Shown here piece by piece: positions 1-10,439 of a stretch of DNA of 57,617 nt. The translations under genes were made by a program, and so were the position numbers. The notes beneath the pieces are model-generated. The model was given only the letters and a program-made list of their open reading frames with translations, was not told where the DNA came from and did not search any database. The number at the start of each line of letters is the position of its first letter. Positions within the stretch are counted from its first letter, which is position 1. This stretch comes from a virus. Location of the stretch: IMG/VR virus record IMGVR_UViG_3300029192_000002; one strand, 5' to 3'.

Positions 1-198
1 ATAAGGGAGCTGGAACAACTGCAAACATGGAAAGCTGATTCGGACGGTAAACTAAAGTTGAAGCCCAAAGAAGAAATCAAGATGGATATTGGTTGTTCCC
101 CGGACTGGAGGGATATGTTTCTGATGCGAGCATGGTTTGACTATAACGAGTATGACATACCCGATGATATAGAACGTAGATTAGGTATAACCGCTTAA
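1..198 (+). CDS. terL: Terminase large subunit, C-terminal 65 codons (continuation of 56286..57617 across the circular junction)
   Basis: Frame 1 is open from nt 1 to TAA at 196-198. Nt 1-99 are identical to 57519-57617 and in phase with the ORF starting at 56286. Confidence 0.85.
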   Translation: MRELEQLQTWKADSDGKLKLKPKEEIKMDIGCSPDWRDMFLMRAWFDYNEYDIPDDIERRLGITA

Positions 199-213
199 AA
201 ACACAATAAAGCA

Positions 214-1638
214 ATGGGATTATTAAACATTATTTCTAACGAGGTAAAGGCGGCTATTGGCTATCAACAAGGCTTTGCCGACCTTTTAGCGGCTAAGGAT
301 GTTACACGTGCGCTTTCTATGATGAAAAGCCATGCGGAAGAAGCCGCTAACAATTTACGTGAGTATGAGGTTAGCACTCACAAAGTGATGGAGCGTAAAG
401 ATAGGGCTGTTTACGACAAGAAAGGGAACTTTCTTCGTTGGAGTAAGCGGTGGAAAATTCCTATTCCCTACCCTCAGTTTATTAATGAAATTTCGTTGGT
501 TTTCCTCTATGGCAGACCTGTAAAATGGCAACAACTTTCGGAGAATACAGACGATGCGTTTAAGAACTACAAAGATTGGTTGGATAAGATACACTTCAAC
601 GCTAAGGTAAGGGAAGCTAAACGTGTGGCTGGCTCTGAGGGTATATCTGCAATCCTGTATCACGTGTATAGGGATGCAGAGGGTAAACCGTCCCTTTTAT
701 TGAATGTGTTGAGCCGGAAGAACAATGATGATATTTATACAGTGCGTGACCAATACAGGCGAATTACCGCCTTTGCGTGGGGATATTATCTAACAGAGGT
801 GGGGAACAATACCGTTTACCATGTGGATATATATACCGACACTACTGTATATCGTGCAAAGCGTGGTAAAATGGGGTGGGAAGTTCTGATTAAGGATAAT
901 CCTATAGGCAAAATACCTATGTTGCTTTTTGAGCAAACACCCGAACACAAGGAAGTGCAACCGATGATTGAACGCTCTGAAATGATGGAAAGCACTGATG
1001 CAGACACTAACGACCGCTTTGCAAATCCGGCTATGGTGGCAACCTCTGAAATCCTCAATAGCCTACCCAAGTCAGAAGAAGAAGCAAAGCTGTTTATCCT
1101 CAAAAATGGCGGCAATGTCAGCTATCTTACTTGGAATGAGGCGAGCGAAAGTAAGAAGAATGAGTTTGAACGACTGGATAAGCACATTCTTTCAAAGTCC
1201 TTTACCCCAAATATTGATTTTGACAACATGAAATCATTGGGCAATCTTTCGGCTAAGGCAATCCGTAAAGTTATGCTGCTTGCTGTTATCAAGGCAGAGC
1301 GACACAAGGAAAAGCACGATGATTACATGAAGCGACACGCTAACCTTATGAAGGCTATTTTGGGCAATGTGCTTGACTATCGTAACAAGTCACAATATGA
1401 GGCTTTGATGATGGAGCATAAATTTCAAGAGCCATTCGGGGAAGATGTTAGCGAAACGCTTGCTGATGTGTCTAAACAATACAATGATGGTGCTATGAGC
1501 CGAGAAACCTATATTGAATTGTCTTACCTCATTAAGGATGGTAAGCTGGAGTTGGAACGCTTGAAGCAAGAAGAAGCGGAGCGTATCGAGCAACAAAAGG
1601 AGTTGAACAAATTAGACGTTTTCGGAGGGGCTGAATAA
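214..1638 (+). CDS. Portal protein (SPP1 gp6-like size and position)
   Basis: 474-aa ORF directly after terL and before a Mu F-type head morphogenesis gene. The call rests on synteny and size only; no diagnostic motif was seen by eye. Confidence 0.72.
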   Translation: MGLLNIISNEVKAAIGYQQGFADLLAAKDVTRALSMMKSHAEEAANNLREYEVSTHKVMERKDRAVYDKKGNFLRWSKRWKIPIPYPQFINEISLVFLYGRPVKWQQLSENTDDAFKNYKDWLDKIHFNAKVREAKRVAGSEGISAILYHVYRDAEGKPSLLLNVLSRKNNDDIYTVRDQYRRITAFAWGYYLTEVGNNTVYHVDIYTDTTVYRAKRGKMGWEVLIKDNPIGKIPMLLFEQTPEHKEVQPMIERSEMMESTDADTNDRFANPAMVATSEILNSLPKSEEEAKLFILKNGGNVSYLTWNEASESKKNEFERLDKHILSKSFTPNIDFDNMKSLGNLSAKAIRKVMLLAVIKAERHKEKHDDYMKRHANLMKAILGNVLDYRNKSQYEALMMEHKFQEPFGEDVSETLADVSKQYNDGAMSRETYIELSYLIKDGKLELERLKQEEAERIEQQKELNKLDVFGGAE

Positions 1639-1928
1639 TGGAAATACAGACGAAATATAATATTGGTGATAAGGTTTGGATTATGCGCAATGACAAACCG
1701 GAGCAAATACTGATTAGCAACATTGAAGTTGAAATAATTGGAGGAACAATTACAGGGACAGGGGGGATGCTGTCTGGCAAGTGCTATACTCACATTTATT
1801 ACATAGAGATACAGCGTAAAGAGTATAGGAATTTTGGCGATAAAGAACCTATATACAGGCATAACGAATGTGACTGTTTCCCAACAAAGAAAGATTTGTT
1901 AAATAGTTTTCTTGAAGATGAAGAATAA
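1638..1928 (+). CDS. Hypothetical protein (96 aa)
   Basis: ATGA start/stop overlap with the portal gene, same strand, fills the gap. Confidence 0.5.
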   Translation: MEIQTKYNIGDKVWIMRNDKPEQILISNIEVEIIGGTITGTGGMLSGKCYTHIYYIEIQRKEYRNFGDKEPIYRHNECDCFPTKKDLLNSFLEDEE

Positions 1929-2101
1929 TGGCAAAGAAGATTCAACAGAAAGGGACACAATACCATTGTAGGGACTGCAAACACGCTTTTGATTTTCACG
2001 AACTGGACTACAAAGGCGAACCGTTTTTGTGTAAATGCCCATTCCATAAATTCAGCAAGTTTTTGAATAAGGACTATTGCACGAACTTCAAACTAAAGTA
2101 G
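1928..2101 (+). CDS. Small Cys-rich (zinc-ribbon-like) protein, 57 aa, below the ORF-track cutoff
   Basis: My translation is MAKKIQQKGTQYHCRDCKHAFDFHELDYKGEPFLCKCPFHKFSKFLNKDYCTNFKLK. It has CxxC...CxC spacing, a TAATG overlap with the upstream stop, and fills an otherwise empty 177-nt gap. Confidence 0.35.
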   Translation: MAKKIQQKGTQYHCRDCKHAFDFHELDYKGEPFLCKCPFHKFSKFLNKDYCTNFKLK

Positions 2102-2105
2102 TGGC

Positions 2106-4715
2106 ATGGCAAAGAAAAAGTACATAGACTACAAAAAGATGCAAGCGGAGCTTTTCAATAGGACAGAGGGCTACGCTGCCAATGTTCGTATCATATACCA
2201 ACAAGCATTTGAGCAAATAATTAACTTGGTAAAGGGTACGGAATTGGAGGATGGAAAACCTTTCTCCTTTGCCGACTATGGATATAGCGAGGAAGTTACA
2301 GCCATTTTGAGGAATATGTACAGCCGTGTTTACCAAACTATCCGGGGTGGAGTTGAAAAAGAGTGGATAACCTCTAATGAGAACAACGATACTTTGGTAA
2401 AAAGTGTGTTTGGTGAACAATCTATAGAGGATAACCACTTTGCCCGTTTCTTCAAGCGCAACAAAGAGGCTATGGATGCTTTCTTTGCCCGTAAGAGTGG
2501 TGACGGTGGTTTGAATCTCTCTCAAAAGGTTTGGCGATATACGGGTATGTTCCGTGATGAACTGGAAAACACTTTGGATTTGGCGATTGGTGAGGGTGTT
2601 CCAGCTAATCGTTTGGCGGCTCAGATAAAGAAGTACCTACAAGACCCCGATAAGTTCTACAGGCGTTTCCGTATCAAGGTGGGGGAAGATGAGAACGGGC
2701 AACCTATCTATGGCAGAAAGTGGAAACGCAAGGTTTGGGACAAAGAAGCCAATTCTTACAAATGGGTGGATGATAACCCGAAGCACTTGCACCCGGGACG
2801 TGGCGTATATCGTTCGTCCACTCGTAATGCACAAAGACTGGCACGTACAGAAACGAATATAGCTTATCGCACAGCCGATTTTGAGCGTTGGGCGCAACTT
2901 GACTTTGTGGTAGGCATTGAAATCAAACTATCCAACAATCATCCCGTATCTGATATTTGCGATGATTTGAAAGGTGTGTACCCTAAAACATTCCGTTGGA
3001 AAGGGTGGCACCCGAATTGCCGTTGTTATCAAGTCCCAGTACTGGCAAAGCAAGAAGAATTGGACGAAATGCTGGATAAGATTTTGGACGGGGATAATCC
3101 GGCAACGGTGGAATGTGAGGAAAAGGTAAAAGAGCAGCCATTCCAATTTACCGAGTGGATGCAAGACAATGAGCAGCGTATCAAGGATGCAACGGAGAAA
3201 GGCACTTTGCCATACTTCCTACGGGACAATGAAAAGGTTATCTATCCACCGACTGCAAAAGAGATAGCGAAAGCCCGGCACGAAGCCCGGACGGAAGTGG
3301 AAGCAAATGCCATCCGGCAGCGGTGGAATGTGAGGAAAGCGACCTATCACTATGGAAATAATATGCTCCGTGTTATGGGTGGTATTTCTGACGTTGATAC
3401 TACGGCTTTGACTGAGGCTCTAAAGCACTCTGATTTGTCCGCTATCATGTTGGAAGCCCGTAAGCTGAAAACCATTGGTAAGGAGGTTTATTCACTGGGT
3501 TACATAGACAATCCTATGGAGGTTGCTAAAAAGTTCTCTTTAGCCGATGCAAAAGCCGTAAACAAGGCGGTTGCTGATAAGCTGGCACAATGGGATAGCC
3601 TTTCTTTGGAACAACAATTAAAGAAACTGAATTTTGAAGCATACGACTTTTTAGGAGGTAACTATCACAATGTACAACAGAAGTACCCAACGTGGCAGGT
3701 GTCACAACAAGCCTATGTTAAACAGATTGGCATTGTTCAAGATAAGATAGATTGGAAAGCTATTAAGGATAGCTATACCGACTTATCTAAGTTCTCTACT
3801 AAGTCCAAGCCTTACCAATCGCTCATTGTACAGCTTGAAAATGCAATCAATAGCAATGATAAAGCAATGGCACAACAAACCATTGCGGAACTCAATGCAA
3901 GGAAAGAAAGCATTGAAAAAGCCGCTGCCAAGCGTAAATCAAAAGTCAAGGATGTTAAGTTTAAGGATTCCGATTTTACACAGGAAAGAAAGGATGCAGC
4001 GAAATGGTTTATTCATAGTTCGGATGCAAACGATTATTTCTTTGATAATGCCGTGGATATGTGGAAACTTGCAAGTTCCAATGAAAAGGCGGCTATGTAT
4101 CAATATACGGCTGGTAGTAGTTACATAACAGAACCTTTGCGTGCTATCAAGGGGTATTATCACTACTATGGCGGTAGATTGTCCGAAGCTGAAAAGCATA
4201 TTGCTGATATGACCCAATATATAGCCCGAAGCACATTTAAGGATGATGTTTGGGTAAAGCGTGACGAAATCAGTGCTTTTGTAAACTATCGGTTTGGGTT
4301 GCCTGATTTGGATGCTTATATATCTGACCCGTCTAAGCTGGTTGGCAAAGTTGGTACAGATGATTCCTTTATGTCGTGTGGTAATTGCCGGAATACGAAC
4401 TTTGGAAGTAAGCCCGTGTGTCTGAATATATATTGCCCGAAAGGTACACAAATGACCTACGCAGAGCCTTTCTCCGCATTTGGTTCAAGCCATGATAACG
4501 GGGACTATTGCCCGGGTAAGAAATGGAACGGAACTTCTAAGCCTACAACAACGGGGGAAAATGAAATCATCCTACAGCGTGGCACTAAATTCAGAATTAC
4601 CAAAGCCGAATACACAAATGGCAAATGGTATATAGACATGGAAGTTTTGGAACAAAGCCCGAAAGAGATAAAGGAAATGGTTTCTACTTCAATGGGATTC
4701 TATTGCAAATATTGA
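2106..4715 (+). CDS. Minor head protein: N-terminal Mu F / SPP1 gp7-type head morphogenesis domain fused to a C-terminal ADP-ribosyltransferase domain
   Basis: The Mu F hallmark ...ARTETNIAYRTADFERW...WKGWHPNCRCYQV is in the N-terminal third. The C-terminus carries an R-S-E ART triad: YQYTAGSSYITEPLRAI (Arg), DDSFMSCG (STS-like) and GENEIILQRGTKFRI (ExE). It sits directly after the portal. Confidence 0.85.
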   Translation: MAKKKYIDYKKMQAELFNRTEGYAANVRIIYQQAFEQIINLVKGTELEDGKPFSFADYGYSEEVTAILRNMYSRVYQTIRGGVEKEWITSNENNDTLVKSVFGEQSIEDNHFARFFKRNKEAMDAFFARKSGDGGLNLSQKVWRYTGMFRDELENTLDLAIGEGVPANRLAAQIKKYLQDPDKFYRRFRIKVGEDENGQPIYGRKWKRKVWDKEANSYKWVDDNPKHLHPGRGVYRSSTRNAQRLARTETNIAYRTADFERWAQLDFVVGIEIKLSNNHPVSDICDDLKGVYPKTFRWKGWHPNCRCYQVPVLAKQEELDEMLDKILDGDNPATVECEEKVKEQPFQFTEWMQDNEQRIKDATEKGTLPYFLRDNEKVIYPPTAKEIAKARHEARTEVEANAIRQRWNVRKATYHYGNNMLRVMGGISDVDTTALTEALKHSDLSAIMLEARKLKTIGKEVYSLGYIDNPMEVAKKFSLADAKAVNKAVADKLAQWDSLSLEQQLKKLNFEAYDFLGGNYHNVQQKYPTWQVSQQAYVKQIGIVQDKIDWKAIKDSYTDLSKFSTKSKPYQSLIVQLENAINSNDKAMAQQTIAELNARKESIEKAAAKRKSKVKDVKFKDSDFTQERKDAAKWFIHSSDANDYFFDNAVDMWKLASSNEKAAMYQYTAGSSYITEPLRAIKGYYHYYGGRLSEAEKHIADMTQYIARSTFKDDVWVKRDEISAFVNYRFGLPDLDAYISDPSKLVGKVGTDDSFMSCGNCRNTNFGSKPVCLNIYCPKGTQMTYAEPFSAFGSSHDNGDYCPGKKWNGTSKPTTTGENEIILQRGTKFRITKAEYTNGKWYIDMEVLEQSPKEIKEMVSTSMGFYCKY

Positions 4716-4724
4716 CAACAAAAG

Positions 4725-4752
4725 AAAGGCGCATCAATTACGGTGCGCCTTT
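4725..4752. terminator. Bidirectional hairpin between convergent genes
   Basis: AAAGGCGCA (4725-4733) pairs with TGCGCCTTT (4744-4752) around a 10-nt loop. It lies between the stop of 2106..4715 (+) and the stop of 4756..5079 (-). Confidence 0.55.
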
Positions 4753-4755
4753 ACT

Positions 4756-5079
4756 TTAACCTTTTGTGTATGTAGTCCGATACAGCTTTCTAAAGCCCTC
4801 TATATCTACCCTTTCAGCATATTTGCAGTACCGATTGAAAAGCACCGCTTTCAATGTGATAGGCACACCATCGTACAATTCAAAGCTGGATAGTCCGGCA
4901 TCGGTGTACTCCTTTAAAATAGGGGTAATGAGTTCACACCCGGCATCGGTGGCGGGTATAGTTTGCTCAGTCCACCATTTTTCACAAAGCCAAAACATTT
5001 GCTTATAGCCATCTTTGAATGGGCATTCCGCTTCCCCTTTATAGAAGCGGCAAAATGATTGTAAGGCGTTTTTATACAT
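4756..5079 (-). CDS. Hypothetical protein (107 aa), Cys/Trp-rich
   Basis: ORF convergent with the Mu F-ART gene. It overlaps the ARH gene stop by 8 nt, so the two are probably co-transcribed. Confidence 0.55.
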   Translation of the reverse strand: MYKNALQSFCRFYKGEAECPFKDGYKQMFWLCEKWWTEQTIPATDAGCELITPILKEYTDAGLSSFELYDGVPITLKAVLFNRYCKYAERVDIEGFRKLYRTTYTKG

Positions 5080-5845
5080 ATTGTTTTCTATTTAAGTTTC
5101 CGAAAAAATCACCAACTACATTGAGCATATCAGTAGGCAACAAGTCAAATGCCTTATCTGAAATTTCTTTGGGGACACCCCAAAGAGCTTCTGCCATTGA
5201 ACCTACAATAGCCCCGATTGTATCACTGTCACCACCGAAAGAAATAGCCCTGCGTATAGCATCCTCAAAAGATGTACTTACACGGATTATCTTTAGACAT
5301 AGTGGTACAGTGCCTTGACACGTTTCGTCAAATACCCCGGAAAAATATTGAGCTGTCATAAATTGAGGATAGTATGATTGCATTACATTCTCAAATATTT
5401 CTTGATTGTGTGTCTTTCTGAGGTAGTAAATAGCGTGCGCAACCGCTACAGCACCTTTCACACCCTCCGGGTGATTATGGCTTACTATAGCTGTCTTTTC
5501 AGCTTCTTCCAAAACCTTATCCAAATCATCGAAAGCCCAAGCGACCGGGGAAACACGCATTGCAGAGCCATTGCCAAAGCTGTTGTAAGGTTGTGGATTG
5601 TCTGAGGCTATCCAACGTGCAAAACTGCCTCCGTATGCGCCTTTTGGGTTAGGATATGCCCTACACCATTGGAGTAGCTTATCTCTGTAGCTTGCGCCTG
5701 TATTGATTGCATCCGCTATAGCTATGGTGCAAATGGTATCATCCGTGAATGTACTTTCTTTTGCGAACATCTGAAAGTCATACTTATCTGTATTGTTAAA
5801 CTCAAATCGTGAGCCTACAATATCGCCTATTATTGCTCCTATCAT
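5072..5845 (-). CDS. ADP-ribosylglycohydrolase family protein (DraG/ARH-like)
   Basis: Motifs MIGAIIGDIVGSRFEF, GNGSAMRVSP and GGDSDTIGAIVGSMAEALWG are typical of the ARH fold. Start is placed at the internal ATG 5845, which abuts the upstream stop at 5847; the ORF-track start at 5899 would overlap the upstream gene. Confidence 0.85.
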   Translation of the reverse strand: MIGAIIGDIVGSRFEFNNTDKYDFQMFAKESTFTDDTICTIAIADAINTGASYRDKLLQWCRAYPNPKGAYGGSFARWIASDNPQPYNSFGNGSAMRVSPVAWAFDDLDKVLEEAEKTAIVSHNHPEGVKGAVAVAHAIYYLRKTHNQEIFENVMQSYYPQFMTAQYFSGVFDETCQGTVPLCLKIIRVSTSFEDAIRRAISFGGDSDTIGAIVGSMAEALWGVPKEISDKAFDLLPTDMLNVVGDFFGNLNRKQYV

Positions 5846-5846
5846 T

Positions 5847-6089
5847 TTAGACCTCCTTTTTAATTCCTCTATTTGATTGTTTTGTATGGAGTGTGCCATG
5901 TCGTATAATGGCTTTCCTGCCTATGTGTTCACCATTTTTTAGAACATTCCAAAGCGTTTCTTTTGATATACCCACTACATCAATGGGCAACAACTCATAT
6001 ATGGCGGTTACGCTACCAAAGTAGTAGTGATGTTTACCTTTGTATGGTTCTTTTAGCTCTACATGGATAACTTTTCTTTGTTGTTTCAT
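5847..6089 (-). CDS. Hypothetical protein (80 aa)
   Basis: Tightly packed minus-strand ORF with a minus-strand TAnnTTTG box about 21 nt upstream (plus-strand CAAAATTA at 6110-6117). Confidence 0.55.
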   Translation of the reverse strand: MKQQRKVIHVELKEPYKGKHHYYFGSVTAIYELLPIDVVGISKETLWNVLKNGEHIGRKAIIRHGTLHTKQSNRGIKKEV

Positions 6090-6094
6090 ATTAA

Positions 6095-6111
6095 TGTGTT
6101 CTGTAAACGCA
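6095..6111. promoter_or_regulatory. 17-bp palindromic operator-like site TGTGTTC-TGT-AAACGCA
   Basis: Matches the recurring TGTGTTN-N3-NAACACA motif and overlaps the minus-strand -7 box at 6110-6117. Confidence 0.45.
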
Positions 6112-6171
6112 AAATTACTACAATATATTTAATAAAACAAATGTTTACTGAGTTTATTCCGCTAAATAAGG

Positions 6172-6405
6172 CTAATGTCTTCTTATCATATCATCTAAGG
6201 TGTATTTATCCTTTTTATCCTCTATGGCTTTTATCCTTTGTTTTATATACCAAAAGAATGTTGAATCATTATCCGATATATTCCATCTGAAATTGGGCAC
6301 TTTAAGCCATGTTGGATTAGGGGCTGCTTCCTCAAAAGTGAATACAGCCCACTGGTCTGCAAAGAGTATTTGCCATATAGCTTTTAATTTTCTCATATCT
6401 TGCAC
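6172..6405 (-). CDS. Hypothetical protein (77 aa)
   Basis: Minus-strand ORF overlapping the stop of the upstream gene by 13 nt, in the leftward accessory operon. Confidence 0.5.
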   Translation of the reverse strand: MQDMRKLKAIWQILFADQWAVFTFEEAAPNPTWLKVPNFRWNISDNDSTFFWYIKQRIKAIEDKKDKYTLDDMIRRH

Positions 6406-6863
6406 CCTTTAGGTTTTACAATCGGTTTCCAATGTGTTATTTTCCATTCTTTGCAATTTCGTTTGAAGTATTCTAAATTATCTTCCGTCCATCCAAATGT
6501 ACCCCAACTGGATGTTACATAGCCTGTGTAATTTTCACCGTCTAATTGGTACTCTATACGAAGAATACAATAAGAGTTGACTTCCGGCACATCTTCCGTA
6601 TCATCTTTGCACTCGTGCCATTCGTTTGACTGAAATTCATTCCAACGCATTGCAATTTCCTCACAAAGTATATTTGAACTTTCTACATCGCCCAAATGGA
6701 TTTCGGCTATTTGGAAATTCATCCCGTCCTCTATACAAAGTTCTGCATCCAATTCATCCGCACCAAACAAGCGTTTCCCTCGTGCTGGTAGGCAAATAAG
6801 TTTCAAGGTATCAGTGTCTAACTCACCTTTGGCGTATGCCCAATTCAATTTTATCTTAGTCAT
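6393..6863 (-). CDS. Hypothetical acidic protein (156 aa) with a DUF551-like C-terminus
   Basis: The C-terminal ...WKITHWKPIVKP resembles the THWxPLP ending I recall for DUF551 phage proteins. Similarity was judged by eye only. Confidence 0.55.
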   Translation of the reverse strand: MTKIKLNWAYAKGELDTDTLKLICLPARGKRLFGADELDAELCIEDGMNFQIAEIHLGDVESSNILCEEIAMRWNEFQSNEWHECKDDTEDVPEVNSYCILRIEYQLDGENYTGYVTSSWGTFGWTEDNLEYFKRNCKEWKITHWKPIVKPKGCKI

Positions 6864-6874
6864 AGCTATTTCTC

Positions 6875-7075
6875 CTATTCTAATCTCATTATATTAAGTG
6901 TAACACCTTTTGCTTCCCACTTTGCAAGCAATTCATCCAGTGTTCCTTTCTTGTTTAACTTATCTCTATTGACATAATCGGGACAATATGATTCATCTTT
7001 CGTTTCAACTGATTGCATAAAGCATACTCCATCCTTATGCCACCAACAATTTTGACAATATCCATGATTAGCCAT
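6875..7075 (-). CDS. Hypothetical Cys-rich protein (66 aa)
   Basis: CQNCWWHKDGVC...YCPDY suggests a small metal-binding protein. Packed in the operon. Confidence 0.5.
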   Translation of the reverse strand: MANHGYCQNCWWHKDGVCFMQSVETKDESYCPDYVNRDKLNKKGTLDELLAKWEAKGVTLNIMRLE

Positions 7076-7095
7076 ATCCTTAATTTAAATATTGG

Positions 7096-7289
7096 TTACA
7101 AATCTTTCTGCTGCTGTTGCAACCATTTTACACCTTTCTTGAATCCCTCTATAAACGCATCGGAGCAAACCCGTTGTACTTCGGGCATACATACCCCTCT
7201 ATTCCGTTTGATAGGACACGTGGCGCAAGCCCGGCTTTTCCCGTTGGCTTGCTTTGCTGCTGTTGTAATACCTTTCATATTGCTTCTGA

Positions 7290-7308
<19 letters not shown>
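7096..7308 (-). CDS. Hypothetical basic protein (70 aa)
   Basis: The track ORF 7096..7392 is trimmed to the internal ATG at 7308 (MAIKTII...). This leaves only a 19-nt overlap with the methyltransferase stop. Confidence 0.45.
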
Positions 7309-8364
<1,056 letters not shown>

Positions 8365-8372
<8 letters not shown>

Positions 8373-9126
8373 TCTTGCTAATATTTACCCCAGCACCGAA
8401 AAGCGCAAAATCCCCTAATGCCGGGTCTGTAGGGAATATGCTTTTGAAATATTCTGTTATCTCTTTGGCTGTTACCATGTCGGGGCTTATCCGCTTTGTT
8501 ATCCCCATTGCAATAGCCAGCTTGTGAACGTGCGTATCAAGTGGAATTATAAGCTGTGAGGGGCTTATGCGCTTCCATATACCCATATCTACAATGCCAT
8601 CATTGCGCACCATCCAACGGAGAAACATACAAAGCCGCTTGCAAGCAGAACCTTTATCGTAATCAGGTATGCCATTGATACCGTTGAAATAGCCGGATAA
8701 GGCTTGTAACGGAGTTTTGCACGGGTCGGCTATAATCATATCCTCCATCCTGTTAAAGTCGTTGTACAGCCTATTCAAGCGTTCCCCAAGCCTATACAAA
8801 TCATCGTATGAGAGGAAACGGTAAAACTTCCGGCTATCCTTGTAGTAGAAGTTGTATTGCTTGGTCATTACCCAACAATAAGGGTCTTTGCAAAAATCTT
8901 TATCCAACCAATCTGCCGCCTTAATGATAGCCTTACGATTCCCGAAAGAAAGCCAAGACGTAATGAAGCCGCTTATTTCGGCTCGTTTACCCATGTACTT
9001 TTTAGGGAATTGGATTGGGTCTGATTTTATAAATTCCGGGTTGTTATAAACTTTAGCCCAGTCTTTCAGTACCATTTGAATTGCATCCTTTTTGCTGATG
9101 CTTATTTGGAATGTGATAGCTGCCAT
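8365..9126 (-). CDS. DUF2400 / TIGR02757-like protein (function unknown)
   Basis: ...PEFIKSDPIQFPKKYMGKRAEISGFITSWLSFGNRKAII... resembles the conserved N-terminal block I recall for the TIGR02757 family. It overlaps the MTase start by 8 nt, suggesting translational coupling. Confidence 0.55.
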
Positions 9127-9401
9127 TATAGTACCTCCCTATCTTTACACATAACAACATCGCCACAAATATAATCCCAACCAAAGATAGCATTGTGTTT
9201 ATGCGCTATTTCCGTAGCTGTTTCGTTGGAATCTAAAACGTCTTTCCCATTATCATTGATTACGAGAATATCCCCATTGTGTAGGTTTATAATTTCAATG
9301 TAACCATCTACGAACTTTTGCAGTTCATCCAATTGGAAGTCCAGCCCGTTTTGAGGTTGGATTTCCAATTTACTTCCGTCTGTCTTTATCAGTGTTGCCA
9401 T
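9126..9401 (-). CDS. DUF3846-like protein (91 aa)
   Basis: MATLIKTDGSKLEIQPQNGLDFQLDELQKFVDGYIEII...LVINDNG resembles DUF3846 proteins of phages and conjugative elements. Start is trimmed to the ATG at 9401. Confidence 0.5.
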   Translation of the reverse strand: MATLIKTDGSKLEIQPQNGLDFQLDELQKFVDGYIEIINLHNGDILVINDNGKDVLDSNETATEIAHKHNAIFGWDYICGDVVMCKDREVL

Positions 9402-9402
9402 C

Positions 9403-9585
9403 TTATTTTGCCTCCTTTCTTGCCTTGTGAACGCCTTTAGTATAGTTACGTTCAACACGTCTAACGTCATTGTACTTTGCTTGCGCTGTAGATTCTATCA
9501 TGTGGGGCTTTTCGTTTCCCACCCAATGAGCATCCGGGTGTTCCTGCTGTATTGCCGCTAAAATTGCATCTTTCAATATTCCCAT
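9403..9585 (-). CDS. Hypothetical protein (60 aa)
   Basis: Packed minus-strand ORF whose stop abuts the next start. Confidence 0.45.
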   Translation of the reverse strand: MGILKDAILAAIQQEHPDAHWVGNEKPHMIESTAQAKYNDVRRVERNYTKGVHKARKEAK

Positions 9586-9617
9586 ATCCTTAAAGTCTTA
9601 CTGGTTGATACACACAC

Positions 9618-9827
9618 TTATTGGAACGAGTAATTATAAGTCGCCCCGTTGGGAAAGCCATCTTTAATGGCTTCTTTTATTTCTTTTGCGGATGGTACGC
9701 TGTTGCGCACTCCAAACTCAATCTTTCCCAAACGTCTGCCGTTATGGTCGAAAACGATGTAAGTATATTCATTCATAATTCCGAAATTTACTTGGTTACT
9801 ACTGTTATAAACTGACACTTTGCCCAA
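9618..9827 (-). CDS. Hypothetical protein (start uncertain)
   Basis: The track start is a TTG. An internal ATG at 9776 and an alternative 46-aa ORF (9788..9928, minus) are equally possible. Confidence 0.35.
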   Translation of the reverse strand: MGKVSVYNSSNQVNFGIMNEYTYIVFDHNGRRLGKIEFGVRNSVPSAKEIKEAIKDGFPNGATYNYSFQ

Positions 9828-9943
9828 TACGTAAAATCATTGCTACTTATGTACTTCTGATTTTGGGCTTCAATAGCTTTAGCTTGCTTTTCGCTAATCT
9901 CTTTGCCTTGCAAATAATATTTTTTCATACGGTGTTGCATTGC

Positions 9944-9962
9944 GTAGGGGATTGCCCCCTAC
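9944..9962 (-). terminator. GC-rich hairpin downstream of 9969..10334 (attenuator or terminator candidate)
   Basis: GTAGGGG (9944-9950) pairs with CCCCTAC (9956-9962) around a 5-nt loop. There is no clear U-tract. Confidence 0.3.
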
Positions 9963-9968
9963 TGGTTA

Positions 9969-10334
9969 TTACTTTCTTAAAATTTCGTCTAATAGTTCTT
10001 TGTCTAATTCCCAAAGGTTGTACCCTTTTGCTAATTTTCTTCTGAGGTATTCACGCTCTCCAATCATGGTTATTGCTTTTTCTCTAAGGTCTGACGCACT
10101 CCATTTTTCGGCTTGGTCTATGAGAAAATTTGAAAGACACTTTCTTTCTTCGTAAAGTTCACGCACTAACACCGTCTTTCGCTCTATCTCTTTTAGGGCG
10201 GTTGGATTCTTTACCCACAACTCGCAAAAAGTGTCTTTGTCAAGGTCTGTATTCATGTAGCATTCTTCTACTTCTTTGTACCCATCTTCTGTGAGTTTAA
10301 GCCCTGTTCTTTCTTCAAATTCTATTTTTAGCAT
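9969..10334 (-). CDS. Hypothetical protein (121 aa), first gene of the leftward early operon
   Basis: ORF starts about 50 nt downstream of a consensus minus-strand promoter. Confidence 0.6.
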   Translation of the reverse strand: MLKIEFEERTGLKLTEDGYKEVEECYMNTDLDKDTFCELWVKNPTALKEIERKTVLVRELYEERKCLSNFLIDQAEKWSASDLREKAITMIGEREYLRRKLAKGYNLWELDKELLDEILRK

Positions 10335-10376
10335 GATTCTGAAATTTTAATGTTGCACATTCTTTGTTCGTAACTA

Positions 10377-10429
10377 ATTTAATTACGATGCAAATATAGG
10401 CTATATATTTAATATAACAAAACTTTTGG
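10377..10429 (-). promoter_or_regulatory. Early-left promoter element (Bacteroides-type -33 TTTG / -7 TAnnTTTG on the minus strand)
   Basis: Plus-strand CAAATATA at 10391-10398 gives the minus-strand -7 box TATATTTG. Plus-strand CAAA at 10418-10421 gives the minus-strand -33 TTTG, with a 19-nt spacer. The 53-bp element is about 85 percent identical to the reverse complement of 40044-40098. Confidence 0.55.
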
Positions 10430-10439
10430 ATGTATTTTC

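Noticed and set aside
1-99. The 99-bp terminal direct repeat read as attL/attR, a DTR or insertion-element ends.
   Set aside because: It lies inside terL and joins the two halves in frame. It is the overlap of a circularised or circularly permuted assembly.
4766-5318. Plus-strand ORFs 4766..5008 and 5019..5318.
   Set aside because: They are antisense to the 107-aa ORF and to the ADP-ribosylglycohydrolase gene, which has clear family motifs.
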